Notes under the pieces: model-generated
What the model saw: only the letters and a program-made list of their open reading frames with translations
Told to the model about the DNA's origin: nothing
Databases searched by the model: none
Origin: Bryobacterales bacterium
GTDB lineage: Bacteria > Acidobacteriota > Terriglobia > Bryobacterales > UBA6623
Reading direction: 5' to 3'
DNA length: 64,000 bases
NCBI GenBank assembly: GCA_965248105.1
Contig: CBDFIK010000005.1
Location: 120,232-184,231, forward strand
Translations under genes and position numbers: made by a program
Part shown: positions 8,880-18,510 of the stretch, one piece after another
Position numbering within the stretch: position 1 is the first letter of the stretch
How the letters are laid out: every line of letters begins with the position of its first letter

Positions 8880-9212
8880 TCATCCTTCCTTGCGAGTCGC
8901 TCGCCCAGAGCGCTGCAGTGTCCGAACATCCGCCTCCGAGAGGACAGTGAACTGAATGCGAGAAGCTTTTTGCCGCTCCTCCTCTTGCTTGCGTGCCTCT
9001 TTGATTCGGGCCCTTAACGCCCGTGTTTCTTCCGGCGTGGCAAGCTCCACCATCCCATCCGTCAGCATTCTGGCGGCAGTCGCCCGAGACACTTCTGTGA
9101 GGTGGCCGTCCTTGCCCCCCTCTTCCGTGGCCAAGCTCCTTACGACAGGAAACTCCTCGTCGATCGCGGCCTCTGCCTCTCGAATTTTTCGATAATAAGC
9201 CCGTAAATCCAT
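8880..9212 (-). CDS. hypothetical phage protein (charged, helical)
   Basis: 110-aa ORF directly downstream of the coat gene. Confidence 0.45.
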   Translation of the reverse strand: MDLRAYYRKIREAEAAIDEEFPVVRSLATEEGGKDGHLTEVSRATAARMLTDGMVELATPEETRALRARIKEARKQEEERQKASRIQFTVLSEADVRTLQRSGRATRKEG

Positions 9213-9277
9213 TTCGTTGACCCGTTTTCTGCAAATGAGACCCCCACCGCCACCTTCGGCGGCGGGGGCCGTGAGAA

Positions 9278-10174
9278 TTACGATTCCACCTGGACGCCAA
9301 ACTCGTTCCGGATAACCGCCGTTCCGTAGAGAACGTCCACCGTGAACTGCTGCGCCAGTGTATTAGGCTGATAGCTCATCACCACGCGCATACCGAAGTT
9401 GCCCAACTCGGCGTACTCGGCGATGGCGCCTGTGCCCGGCAGAGGCTGTGGCAGCCTCCGGATCACCAGACCAATCGCATCGCGGCCAAAGGCCAGGTTA
9501 TGTGTCGTCACGGGTGCGCTCCCGGTCTTCGCCACGAACTGCGAGCGGAAGACCAGAAAATCTTTCAATCGGCCCACCGTGCCGCTGATGATCGCCGCTG
9601 CACCGGCTTCTCCCGCCGTCTGGAACTCACTGAACCGCGCAATCTGGCGGGGAGCTGAGTACGAGTCCGAGTCAACTACCAAGTACCGCGCTTGGGCCTG
9701 CGGAACCTTCGCCTGAAACAGAGTCGTCTCCGCGGAATCGACCACGGCTTCCGTGAGCGCCGTTCCGGGAGTTCCGACAGTTGTATTGGCCGTGAACGAA
9801 GCGTAGACACCCAAAAGATCGCTCTCGATCTTCTCAGCTAAGGCAACCACGGCCGGCTCCATGTAGACCCGCAACAGGTCAGGAACCGCCAAGATCTTCG
9901 TCACGTCTGGAATCTGGAAGGTCGCTTCGACGTGCGTGTTCAGCACGATTTGGGCGTTTCCCAGACTCGGGTTCTGCGTCGTCACCGTGCCGGCTTCGGC
10001 GATGTTGCTCGCCACCATGCTCGGCACGATCGGGATGTTGACCGTGTCACCGGCTTGCCCCAGCACCGGCTCATAATTCCGGTTCACCAGGTTGCCCATC
10101 AGGGCGGGCAGCGCGTCTGCCGCCACTAGTTTCACGATTGCTTGCGCAATATTCGCGGATGTAATTGCCGCCAT
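9278..10174 (-). CDS. major capsid protein, P22 coat-protein-like family
   Basis: 298 aa. The N-terminal pattern ...ALPALMGNLVNRNYEPVLGQAGDTVNIPIVP... matches my recollection of the P22_CoatProtein (PF11651) family. It follows a scaffold-like gene. Confidence 0.7.
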   Translation of the reverse strand: MAAITSANIAQAIVKLVAADALPALMGNLVNRNYEPVLGQAGDTVNIPIVPSMVASNIAEAGTVTTQNPSLGNAQIVLNTHVEATFQIPDVTKILAVPDLLRVYMEPAVVALAEKIESDLLGVYASFTANTTVGTPGTALTEAVVDSAETTLFQAKVPQAQARYLVVDSDSYSAPRQIARFSEFQTAGEAGAAAIISGTVGRLKDFLVFRSQFVAKTGSAPVTTHNLAFGRDAIGLVIRRLPQPLPGTGAIAEYAELGNFGMRVVMSYQPNTLAQQFTVDVLYGTAVIRNEFGVQVES

Positions 10175-10243
10175 TGTTATTCCTCCTTCTTGCTCGTTAC
10201 GTAGTAGGGCTTTCTCCCGCCCTGGTTTTTGAACATCGATTGG

Positions 10244-10906
10244 TTACCACTTGTTGCCACTCTGCCCGGCTAGGCGGGCAACTTCTTCCCACGCCTCAGC
10301 CGATTGCTCTTTGCTCATTCCTGGACGAATCTGGTCCAGGTCGAAACCCGTCCCTGAAAAGTCGCCGCGGTCAGCCGCTTGGGCGCCTGATCCTCCCGCT
10401 ATGCGCGGGGGCAGAAACTCCTGGTTCTCCGACACAAACCTCGCCAGGTACTCTCCGCACGGCACGGTTGCGCCGTCCGCGTGGGCGTAAAGCTCACCAT
10501 CCTCGCCACGATAGATGTCGTCCTTGAGCAGCCGAAAGGCGAGCTGCACCTTTCTGACGCCGAGATCCTGCAGCGCGCCTCGAATCTGCGAGTGCCGGTC
10601 CGACTGTTCGGCCTGCTGGCGGTTATGTCGGTTTTCCTCCGTCAACTCCTTGAGGCGCCTCTCGAGACCTTCCCTGCGGCGCTTCTCTTCCTCCAGCTTC
10701 GTCTTCAGGGCGGGCTGCTGTTGCTCGGCGGATTGCCGCATATACTCGCTAATGGCCTTCTGCACCACCGACTCCAACTCCCCTTTTCCCTCGGCCGACT
10801 CCGGTGATTTGTCTCCGAATTTCATCAGTCCCATGCGTCTGTCCCCAAAAAAAAAGCGCCGCATGTCGGACGCCCAGTTGGGCAAACCCACATTCGACGC
10901 CTGCAA
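10244..10906 (-). CDS. scaffolding protein, putative
   Basis: 220 aa with a long charged coiled-coil segment (KTKLEEEKRRREGLERRLKELTEENRHNRQQAEQ). It lies between the portal and coat genes. Confidence 0.55.
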   Translation of the reverse strand: MQASNVGLPNWASDMRRFFFGDRRMGLMKFGDKSPESAEGKGELESVVQKAISEYMRQSAEQQQPALKTKLEEEKRRREGLERRLKELTEENRHNRQQAEQSDRHSQIRGALQDLGVRKVQLAFRLLKDDIYRGEDGELYAHADGATVPCGEYLARFVSENQEFLPPRIAGGSGAQAADRGDFSGTGFDLDQIRPGMSKEQSAEAWEEVARLAGQSGNKW

Positions 10907-10929
10907 TGGATCGATTTCCGGTCTTGCGC

Positions 10930-12354
10930 CTATCCCGCCTCGATTTCCCTCAGAATCTCGTTCTTTGTTTCCTGACTTGCGTTTTCTAGATACTTCAACG
11001 CCACTCTTTTGCGAACTTCTTTCTCAAACCGTGACGACCCAATCCCTATTTCCTGCAATCCTCGCGCGTTCTTCAGCTCCTCGCCGAAGTCCGGCTCTTC
11101 GAACTGGTCCATGCCTGTAATCTCAATTTCCACGGGATCCTTTCGTGCCTGGGCCGTTAGTTGCAACACTCGCCCCAGAAAATCTTTCACTAGGTCCCCA
11201 TAAGCGCGTAGTACTTCCTGCGTCACGGCAAAGTCCCGGCGCTTGCTTACGCCCGATTGCCCTAGGTTGCGCGCTTCTCGGCCGCCGGCCTGCGTCATCA
11301 GGTAGCAGACCCGATAGATCTCATCTTTGAGTCGATCCAGGTTATCGGCGGCAATCTGGAATACGTGCCCCTCGGGCTCCGTCCAGCCGAAGCGGTCATT
11401 CGGAGCTAGCTGGATGTAATAGGCTTCGCCCACGATCTGCTGCCAGTCTCTCTCCGAGTAGATCACCGGCATCGCGAATAGACCCATGTGCAACGCCCAG
11501 GAAAGTGCGTTCGACTTGTTGAAGTGCTCCTGTTGCAGCAGCCCCACCTTGTTCGCCAACCACAGGCCGTCGGTAACGGACATCTTCACCAACGGGACCC
11601 GTCCAAGGCCCGCCAGGCCGTGCTGCCCCTCGTCCACCAGCTCAACACCCCCGCCGTCGGGTGAACTCGTCTCGGACACGCCGCTGTCAATCTTGTGACT
11701 GGCGAGCTTGTAGATCTGGAAGTTCTCTCGATCGTAGTACGACCAGCACTGTTCCCTGATGACGTCCGGAGAGTTCAGGTCCTCTTGATATGTCCTCTCG
11801 GTCCTCAGTACGACCCACTCGTAATCCCCATCCTTGTCAAGCTTCCAGTTAATGACCTGTTGCGGCGAATACGGAACCGCGTAGGCCCGGGATTTCCCAA
11901 CGGCGTCTTCCTCCGCTCGGGAGGCCACGTCGCCGGCCACCCGAGGAAAGTCGACCAGGAGAAAACTCTCCCGGAACACCAGCGTCTGAATGAAAACCTT
12001 GCGGGCCAACTCCAGCAACGGCGTGCCCCGACAATCGCAGTCCTCCAATAACTCCGTGTAGAAGTCTTGAACTGGCCGAATCGCTGTCCGCACCGTAATC
12101 ACCGGCCGAGTCCGGAACAGCGTGGCCGCGTACCAGTCGATGCACGAGCCCAGATAGTTCTCATAGAACACCCGGGCCAGGCGCTCGGCGTAAACATCGT
12201 TCGGCTCTTTCTGCCGCCGAACGAGGTAGAAACTGGCGTTCCTGCGGAGCTGCTCGCCACCTACATAGAAGTCCCAATACCGCTGCCACATCTCCTTGCG
12301 GTCGCGGTATTCTGGGTGCTCCCGGTTCAGTCGTTCAATCACAGCTCCTCCCAT
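10930..12354 (-). CDS. portal protein, putative
   Basis: 474 aa, immediately downstream of the large terminase. Size and position are typical for a portal. Confidence 0.65.
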   Translation of the reverse strand: MGGAVIERLNREHPEYRDRKEMWQRYWDFYVGGEQLRRNASFYLVRRQKEPNDVYAERLARVFYENYLGSCIDWYAATLFRTRPVITVRTAIRPVQDFYTELLEDCDCRGTPLLELARKVFIQTLVFRESFLLVDFPRVAGDVASRAEEDAVGKSRAYAVPYSPQQVINWKLDKDGDYEWVVLRTERTYQEDLNSPDVIREQCWSYYDRENFQIYKLASHKIDSGVSETSSPDGGGVELVDEGQHGLAGLGRVPLVKMSVTDGLWLANKVGLLQQEHFNKSNALSWALHMGLFAMPVIYSERDWQQIVGEAYYIQLAPNDRFGWTEPEGHVFQIAADNLDRLKDEIYRVCYLMTQAGGREARNLGQSGVSKRRDFAVTQEVLRAYGDLVKDFLGRVLQLTAQARKDPVEIEITGMDQFEEPDFGEELKNARGLQEIGIGSSRFEKEVRKRVALKYLENASQETKNEILREIEAG

Positions 12355-12373
12355 CAGCCCAGCCCTTCACGTC

Positions 12374-13675
12374 TCAAACGATTCGTCCGCTCCGCTCACC
12401 CACGCGGCTCAACGGACGAAACTCCTGCCACAGTAAATAGCCCAGCGCATCGGACAAGTGCGTCCGGCGGGCGTCTCGGTCCTTGTCGATCTGTCCGCTA
12501 TCGGGCTTGTAGCAAACTTGCTCCAAATCCTTGACCAGCTCACGGCACTTCTTGTTGATAAACAACCGCCGCTCGCCTTGCGCGTTTCGTAACCGACCAT
12601 TCACCGTGTTCACCCGATCCCGCACGGGCGGGTTCGCGCGGCCTACCAACAATTCACCCTGCAAACTCTTTCTCCGGCCCAGAAACTGGCGGATCAGATG
12701 GTAGTCCGAAGAGCCTGTCACCGTGTGCGCTCGCTCACCGCTCGCATCCCCATAGATGCGAACGCCTGCCCTGTGGTCGCCGTAGCGCCTCTCGAACTCC
12801 TCGCAAACTTCCGGCGTCGATGACGTCGGCAGGACGATTTCGTCCAGCACGTACACCGCGTCGCCCCGTAGTTGGCAAACCACCGAGCACATCGGATGAA
12901 CATTGAAATCCCACGACCAAAACAGCGGCTCCTTCCGATCAACCTCGAAACTTCCCACGTTCTCCTTCCGATCGAAGGCATAATAAACCTGCCCCGCCTG
13001 AAGATTCAGATACTTCCCAAGAACTTCTTGCTGAAAAAAATTCTCGCCGTAGCTCGCCTTCAGCCTGTCGTAATAGTCAGGCGTTTGAGCCAATATGTGC
13101 TCATTCTCAAAAGGCTTGGCCTCAATCAGCCTGTAGCCTCTTACCGGATTCTCACGAAACCTCCGGTAGACCCAATCAAAACCCTTCGGCGTCCACGCTC
13201 CGAAACCGCGCAGTTTCTTCGCCTTCGGATCCCGCAGCCGCGCTTCCAGACGGATCCAGGCTTGCTCGGACGTGTAGGTCATCTCGTCCACGCCGAACCA
13301 CGCTAGATTCGTTCCGCGAATCCGCTCGTATTCGTCCAAAGACCGCAAAAGAATCCGCGACCCGATGTCCTTCATGGTCAGGGTGTTCGTGGCCTTGTTT
13401 AACGAAAATGGCAGATCGTGCTGTTCGCATAGTGCATAAAATGACTCCATCGTGGCGTCCCGCAACATCGGGTACGTCGGCGCTCCAATCAGGCCCGTTC
13501 TCCCCTCGTTCTGGTACGACATCCTGATCGCCTCGTAGCAAAGCGCCTGACTTTTCCCCGAGCCAACAGGACCCGAAAACCCTTTGAACCTCGACCGCGA
13601 ACCAAGAAACACTTTCTGCGACGGCAGTGGTGAAAACCTTATTCGTCGGTGGTATCCCCGTTTATCTCCTCCCAT
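12374..13675 (-). CDS. terL: terminase large subunit
   Basis: 433 aa with Walker A GPVGSGKSQ near the N-terminus and a C-terminal nuclease-like half. It heads the head module. Confidence 0.85.
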   Translation of the reverse strand: MGGDKRGYHRRIRFSPLPSQKVFLGSRSRFKGFSGPVGSGKSQALCYEAIRMSYQNEGRTGLIGAPTYPMLRDATMESFYALCEQHDLPFSLNKATNTLTMKDIGSRILLRSLDEYERIRGTNLAWFGVDEMTYTSEQAWIRLEARLRDPKAKKLRGFGAWTPKGFDWVYRRFRENPVRGYRLIEAKPFENEHILAQTPDYYDRLKASYGENFFQQEVLGKYLNLQAGQVYYAFDRKENVGSFEVDRKEPLFWSWDFNVHPMCSVVCQLRGDAVYVLDEIVLPTSSTPEVCEEFERRYGDHRAGVRIYGDASGERAHTVTGSSDYHLIRQFLGRRKSLQGELLVGRANPPVRDRVNTVNGRLRNAQGERRLFINKKCRELVKDLEQVCYKPDSGQIDKDRDARRTHLSDALGYLLWQEFRPLSRVGERSGRIV

Positions 13676-14178
13676 AAGACCCTGATCTCTTTCACCACTT
13701 CCTCTTCGTCAAACAAGTCCCGGTCCAACTTCAGCAACTGAACCACATTCCCAATAATGCCTGGACTGAGATCCTTTTCGTTATCGAGCTTCTCTTTCAC
13801 CCGCGCAATGGCCTTTTCCAACAAGTCTTTCCGGGAGATCTTCTTTTTTTCACCCTCTTCACCGTCTGTCGGCCGCAACGTCGCTGCTGTGTCCTGCAGT
13901 CCACTTTCTGGGTCCGTCGCACTGCCCGCGTCGCCACTCAACCCCGTCACGGACCCCAAGGCGCCCTCGTCTGCGGCCCCGTTCGATTTCTCAGGGGCGA
14001 GCTTAGTCGCAGCCGCCCTCTTGCGAGTGCCTTTCTTCTTCCCCCCAACGACGTTCTTCTTCCTCGCTGCGCGGGATCGCTTCTTGCTGTTTCCGTTCTC
14101 TTCTGTCCCGCTAGCCATTCCCGTGCCCAGAAAGTCAAAAGCCTCCGCCGGCTGAATGCTTGCCGGAGAAGGCCTCAA
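13639..14178 (-). CDS. small-terminase-like/DNA-binding phage protein, putative
   Basis: 179-aa ORF with a basic N-terminal half (KKRSRAARKKNVVGGKKKGTRKR). It overlaps the TerL start. The true start may be Met21 (14118). Confidence 0.4.
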   Translation of the reverse strand: MRPSPASIQPAEAFDFLGTGMASGTEENGNSKKRSRAARKKNVVGGKKKGTRKRAAATKLAPEKSNGAADEGALGSVTGLSGDAGSATDPESGLQDTAATLRPTDGEEGEKKKISRKDLLEKAIARVKEKLDNEKDLSPGIIGNVVQLLKLDRDLFDEEEVVKEIRVLWEEINGDTTDE

Positions 14179-14501
14179 AGTCGCTTTCCCGTAATCGTTC
14201 TTCCTGCGCTCAGACTACCATCGTCAGTCGTCCATTTCGTGGCCCCAGTTTTTCAAGTTGCTGAAAAGAAAGCAATAAAAAACTCCAAACAAACGTGACG
14301 GCCCTGCGTCAAGAATTGGAGACTCCAACAAAACCTCGCGTTAGCCCCATCAAGGCCAGCCTCGTGACCCGTACGCTGTTCCCGCGCCAGTCTCACACTT
14401 AGTAGACCATTTCACAATTACGCTGACGCTTCGTGCGATTGCAGGCGGGCACAGCACGCCCTGCGCTGGCAGGTTGTGAGGAACGCTCACCTCTGAGTGC
14501 A

Positions 14502-14532
14502 GGGGCACGGCATGCCGCGGCATGCCGTGCCC
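14502..14532. repeat. REP-like GC-rich palindrome (type A, with internal duplication)
   Basis: GGGGCACGGCATGCCGCGGCATGCCGTGCCC, followed by the GAAGTTCC arm seen in the F2 elements. Confidence 0.8.
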
Positions 14533-15390
14533 GAAGTTCCTTAGCAACGAACGGAACCCGGAGCGACAAGCGACGGGCCAACAAACCCTTTCTAATAACC
14601 CCCGAGGCCCACGAAAAACGGTAGTGTCTCAGTTTAACCGGCGTCCGTGTAGCGACACGTTTGAAACCTCCCCAAGCGCGCGTCTTAGACCCGACTCTAC
14701 CCGAAAACAATCGAAACTCAGCCACTACCGAAAAAACCATTGTAGGCCCGACGGTACAAGCGTACAATAGTGTTGCGGCAACAGCAAAAATGGAAAAGTT
14801 GGTCAAAATCTCAACCAATAGCATAAGAACAATACCCAAAAGATCGTTCTTGAAGGACGCGGTGCGTGGCTTCGTGCTGATCGTCGTTTTGCCGGCGACC
14901 ATGCCTGCGGATCTGGTCACGGTCAGGCTTTTGGACCAAGACGCTGTCGAGCATACCCTTGGGCAGATCTGTGTTTCCGCGGCCGGCTGTACGGTCAGTG
15001 GCGGCACTCTGGACCTAACGATCGGCGTTACTCACACCTTTGCCCTTGTCCCTTCGGCTTCCAACTCGAGCCGGGTGAGCAGGTGTTCAACCCAGCGTTT
15101 CTGCATCGCATCGACACGCGTGTGGTGTTGGTGGGTGACAATGGCCAGTTCACCTGAGACCGGGCGCCTTTCTTGAAGCGAATAAAAGACGAACCCGATT
15201 GGCAAAACGAACCCAAACAAACCCATTTTGCACCCCACGTGTGCCCGCACACGAGAAGTCTGTTAAGACGCTGTTAAGACGGGACAGTCCCAGCTCGACC
15301 CTGCGGTGTTTCGGCTCTAGCCCTCCAGCGAGGCCGCTGCCACCCGCTGAACGTTCCTCGCCATACGGCAGCCGAAACCCAACCCCACCC

Positions 15391-16920
15391 CTACGCCCAA
15401 TACGTGCGGTCTAGACTGCGGTATTGCACCGCCTCGGCCAACTGCTTCACTCCTAGCTGGTCTTCACCGTTGAGGTCAGCTATCGTTCGGGACACCTTCA
15501 AGATCCGATCATGGGCCCTCGCCGACAGCCCCATCCGTTGCACCGCCATCTCCAGCGTCCGCTCTCCCGCCTCATCCAGCCGGCAATGCTCACGGATCAT
15601 CTTCGACGGCATCCGCGAGTTTGGATAACCCCGCTTCAGTTGAACCGCGCGTGCCCGCTCGACGCGTTCGCGAATGTCGGCCGAGCATTCCGCTTCCTTT
15701 TCCGACCTCAGTTCTCGGTACTTCACCGGCGGCACTTCCACATGAATGTCGATGCGATCGAGCAGCGGCCCGCTGATCTTGCCCACATATCTTTGGATCA
15801 TCAGCGGCGTGCAGCGGCACTCCCGGCTCTGGTCCCCAAAATACCCGCACGGGCAGGGATTCATGGCCGCTACCAGCATGAAAGAGGAGGGGAAGGTCAA
15901 GCTCATGTTGCAGCGGGCAATCGTGATGTCGCCGTCCTCGAGAGGCTGCCGTAACAGCTCCAAGACATTGCGGGGAAATTCGGGGAACTCGTCCAGAAAC
16001 AACACGCCGTTGTGGGCGAAACTCACTTCGCCGGGTCGCGGCATCCCGACGCCGCCACCTACAAGACCCGCGTTTGACACGCTCTGGTGCGGTGCCCGAA
16101 AGGGACGCTCCGCCACCAGACCTTGTTGCTCCCCGAGAATCCCGGCCACGCTGTGCACCTTCGTCGTCTCCAGCGCCTCTTCAAAGATCAGCTTCGGGAG
16201 GATCCCCGGCAGCCGCTTCGCCAGCATCGTTTTCCCTGACCCCGGAGGGCCGACCATCAACAGATTGTGGCCCCCGGCCGCCGCAATCTCAAGTGCGCGC
16301 TTGGCGGTCTCCTGACCCCTCACTTCTCGGAAGTCATACCTCGGCTTCAGCTCGGGAGCCTCCCACTTCTTTTTTGCTGTCCCGTTGATCGCCACACGAG
16401 TTCCGGAGTTCTCAATGAGCTGCACGACCTCCGTCAGGTGCCGCACACCATACACATTCACGCCTTCTACAACCGCGGCCTCGGCGACATTGTCCGTCGG
16501 GACGATCAGATTGGGAATTCCCGCCCCCTTGGCGCAGACCGCAACCGGTAGGGCGCCCCGCACCGCACGAAGCCCTCCGTCCAGCGAAAGCTCCCCAACC
16601 ACAAGAAAGTCCTCCATCGCGTTGGCGGGAATCGTTCCCATCGCGCCCATGATCCCGAGCGCCATCGGCAGGTCGAAGCCCGCCCCCTCCTTGCGAAGAT
16701 TCGCCGGAGCAAGATTGACCGTCACCGCTTTATTCGGATAGCCGAAGCCCGAGTTGATAAGCGACGACTTGATTCGTTCTCGACTTTCGCGGACCGCCGT
16801 GTCCGGAAGACCGACCGTCACAAAGTCCCTCGCCGACCCCAGGTACATGTCCACTTCCACATCGATGACCAGCGCGTCCACCCCGTAAATCGCAGCGCTC
16901 CGTGTCCTGAACAAAGGCAT
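15391..16920 (-). CDS. comM: YifB/ComM family Mg-chelatase-like AAA ATPase
   Basis: 509 aa with Walker A GPPGSGKTM and Walker B LFLDEFPEF, plus a Lon-like N-terminal domain and a Mg-chelatase C-terminal domain. Confidence 0.9.
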   Translation of the reverse strand: MPLFRTRSAAIYGVDALVIDVEVDMYLGSARDFVTVGLPDTAVRESRERIKSSLINSGFGYPNKAVTVNLAPANLRKEGAGFDLPMALGIMGAMGTIPANAMEDFLVVGELSLDGGLRAVRGALPVAVCAKGAGIPNLIVPTDNVAEAAVVEGVNVYGVRHLTEVVQLIENSGTRVAINGTAKKKWEAPELKPRYDFREVRGQETAKRALEIAAAGGHNLLMVGPPGSGKTMLAKRLPGILPKLIFEEALETTKVHSVAGILGEQQGLVAERPFRAPHQSVSNAGLVGGGVGMPRPGEVSFAHNGVLFLDEFPEFPRNVLELLRQPLEDGDITIARCNMSLTFPSSFMLVAAMNPCPCGYFGDQSRECRCTPLMIQRYVGKISGPLLDRIDIHVEVPPVKYRELRSEKEAECSADIRERVERARAVQLKRGYPNSRMPSKMIREHCRLDEAGERTLEMAVQRMGLSARAHDRILKVSRTIADLNGEDQLGVKQLAEAVQYRSLDRTYWA

Positions 16921-17318
16921 AGACTTCCTCCCGAACGATTACAGCCTCCACCTGGGCGCCTAAGCGGCCCACGCGTTCCGCTAAACCGAAACCCCGGGCA
17001 TCCCAGGTTTCTATCTCTTCGTAACCGACCGCCTGTAGTAAAGCGACCAGATCACTAACAAGCCAACCGCCAGCAACACCCCCACAATGCGTTCAAACAC
17101 AGCGGGTGCAGCCCCCTTTAGATTTGTTTTCTGGGAAAAAACGGGCCGCGACCGGACCCGAGGAAAGACTCACAGCAGAGCAACAATGCTGACATTATAC
17201 AGGAGTCAGACCCGGCCCAACACTTCTCAGGGTTATCGAGCCGGCCGGCAGGCACTGAGGTGCGCGAGGTCGGCCGGCGGTCTCGAGATGAGGCTGCTCC
17301 GCGTGGATGAGTGCAGAC

Positions 17319-17348
17319 GGGCACACAGCATGCTGTGTGCCCCTACAG
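17319..17348. repeat. REP-like palindrome (type A)
   Basis: GGGCACACAGCATGCTGTGTGCCC followed by CTACAG. Confidence 0.8.
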
Positions 17349-17369
17349 ATCTGTTGGGCGCCTGGAAAT

Positions 17370-17454
17370 GTAGGGGCACGGCATGCCGTGCCCGAAGTTC
17401 CCGATCGTCCACCTGGCTTCTAAATATACGTGGCTGCACTTATGAAACGGACTC
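17370..17454 (-). repeat. F2 repeat element (~85 nt, REP core plus conserved arm)
   Basis: The reverse complement reads GAGTCCGTTTCATAAGTGCAGCCACGTATATTTAGAAGCCAGGTGGACGATCGGGAACTTCGGGCACGGCATGCCGTGCCCCTAC, matching 37941-38021 and 44581-44711. Confidence 0.8.
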
Positions 17455-17496
17455 TCAACAGCAGATAGCAGGTACCGGGCTTTTGACGGGCGGGCT

Positions 17497-18273
17497 CTAA
17501 AGAGCTTCCTCCATCGTCTGACGTATCCGCTTCATCAAATCTCCTCGCGCCTCGGGGCGCAGTCCCTCCGTCGGCACAGGCGGATGGAACACTAGCGAGA
17601 TTTCGCCGGGTACTACGGTCAGGTTGCCCTTGGGCATGAGTTGGCGGGCGCCGTGAACTGTGACCGCAACGATCGGCGCTTGAGCCTCGATCGCAATCGT
17701 AAACGGACCCGGGCGGAAAGGTAGCAATTCCCCGTCTCGACTCCGCGTGCCTTCGGGGAAAATAATGACAGAGATTCCTTGGCGCAGCGTCGCCACCGCC
17801 TTTTCCTGAGCCAGTTTTCTCGAATTGCGGTCTTTGCGATTCACGTAAATGAACCCTCCTAGACCCATCACATACCCGAGCAAAGGAATGCGTTGCAACT
17901 CCTGCTTGAGCACGAAGGCCACGCGGGGCAACACCATGAAAAGAGCAGGAGGATCAAGGTTGCTGACATGGTTACTCACGTAGACACAGCTGCGATGTTC
18001 GAAGGCGTATTCCGGGTGCACCAGCTTCACCTTGACCCCTGAAAGCCACAAGCCCAATCGTACGCCTGTCCTCGCCACCCAATAGATCGCGCGGATGTCC
18101 CGTGTGAGCCATGTCAGCGGGACGAAAATCACGGTCCCCAACAAAACGTAGAGACACAAGAATGGATAGACCAGCAGGTAGACGCGCAGCATAAGGCCGA
18201 GTTGCCATTGTGGTATCTTACCGGCGGCAGCGCAACCCACTAGGGCACGGCACCTTCCAGCTCTACTCAACAC
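17497..18273 (-). CDS. plsC: 1-acyl-sn-glycerol-3-phosphate acyltransferase
   Basis: Acyltransferase motifs NHVSNLD (HX4D) and FPEGTRS. The start is more likely the ATG at 18192 (MLRVYLLVYPF...). Confidence 0.85.
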   Translation of the reverse strand: MLSRAGRCRALVGCAAAGKIPQWQLGLMLRVYLLVYPFLCLYVLLGTVIFVPLTWLTRDIRAIYWVARTGVRLGLWLSGVKVKLVHPEYAFEHRSCVYVSNHVSNLDPPALFMVLPRVAFVLKQELQRIPLLGYVMGLGGFIYVNRKDRNSRKLAQEKAVATLRQGISVIIFPEGTRSRDGELLPFRPGPFTIAIEAQAPIVAVTVHGARQLMPKGNLTVVPGEISLVFHPPVPTEGLRPEARGDLMKRIRQTMEEAL

Positions 18274-18288
18274 CTCCGGAGGCTAACG

Positions 18289-18510
18289 TTGGCCAAAACC
18301 AGAATCTCGCGCAGAACGTTCACGGCAACACTATCAGCAGCGGCCGCCGGCTCTGCTTCCGCTCAGCAGACCGGCCCCTCACCCAAGCGCGAACGCTCGA
18401 CTGACCCCGAACTTGCGTCCGCCTTAATGAGATTGGGCCGCCGCGTCAATACGCTGGGACGGTTCGAAGTCCCCTTCGACACCGAGCCTGCCTTCACGTT
18501 CCATCCTTGA
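18289..18510 (+). CDS. small protein with a twin-arginine (Tat) signal peptide
   Basis: TTG start 6 nt after GGAGG. N-terminus MAKTRISRRTFTATLSAAAAGSASAQ. The stop overlaps the amidase ATG (TGATG). Confidence 0.55.
   Translation: MAKTRISRRTFTATLSAAAAGSASAQQTGPSPKRERSTDPELASALMRLGRRVNTLGRFEVPFDTEPAFTFHP

Noticed and set aside
14399-15176. Overlapping ORFs of 202 aa (minus) and 171 aa (plus)
   Set aside because: They are mutually exclusive, partly composed of repeat sequence, and have no motif or convincing start with an SD. I could not decide which, if either, is real, so neither is called.
14180-15390. A tRNA gene, att site or integrase at the phage cluster boundary
   Set aside because: No T-arm-like GGTTCGA(A/G)TCC motif or cloverleaf candidate was seen anywhere in the window, and no integrase-like ORF. 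A direct-repeat search needs the other end of the element, which is outside the window.
16975-17065. A 29-codon hydrophobic mini-ORF (GTG..VFERIVGVLLAVGLLVIWSLYYRRSVTKR) on the minus strand upstream of comM
   Set aside because: It is too short and has only a weak SD-like AAAGGGGG. It cannot be supported from sequence alone.
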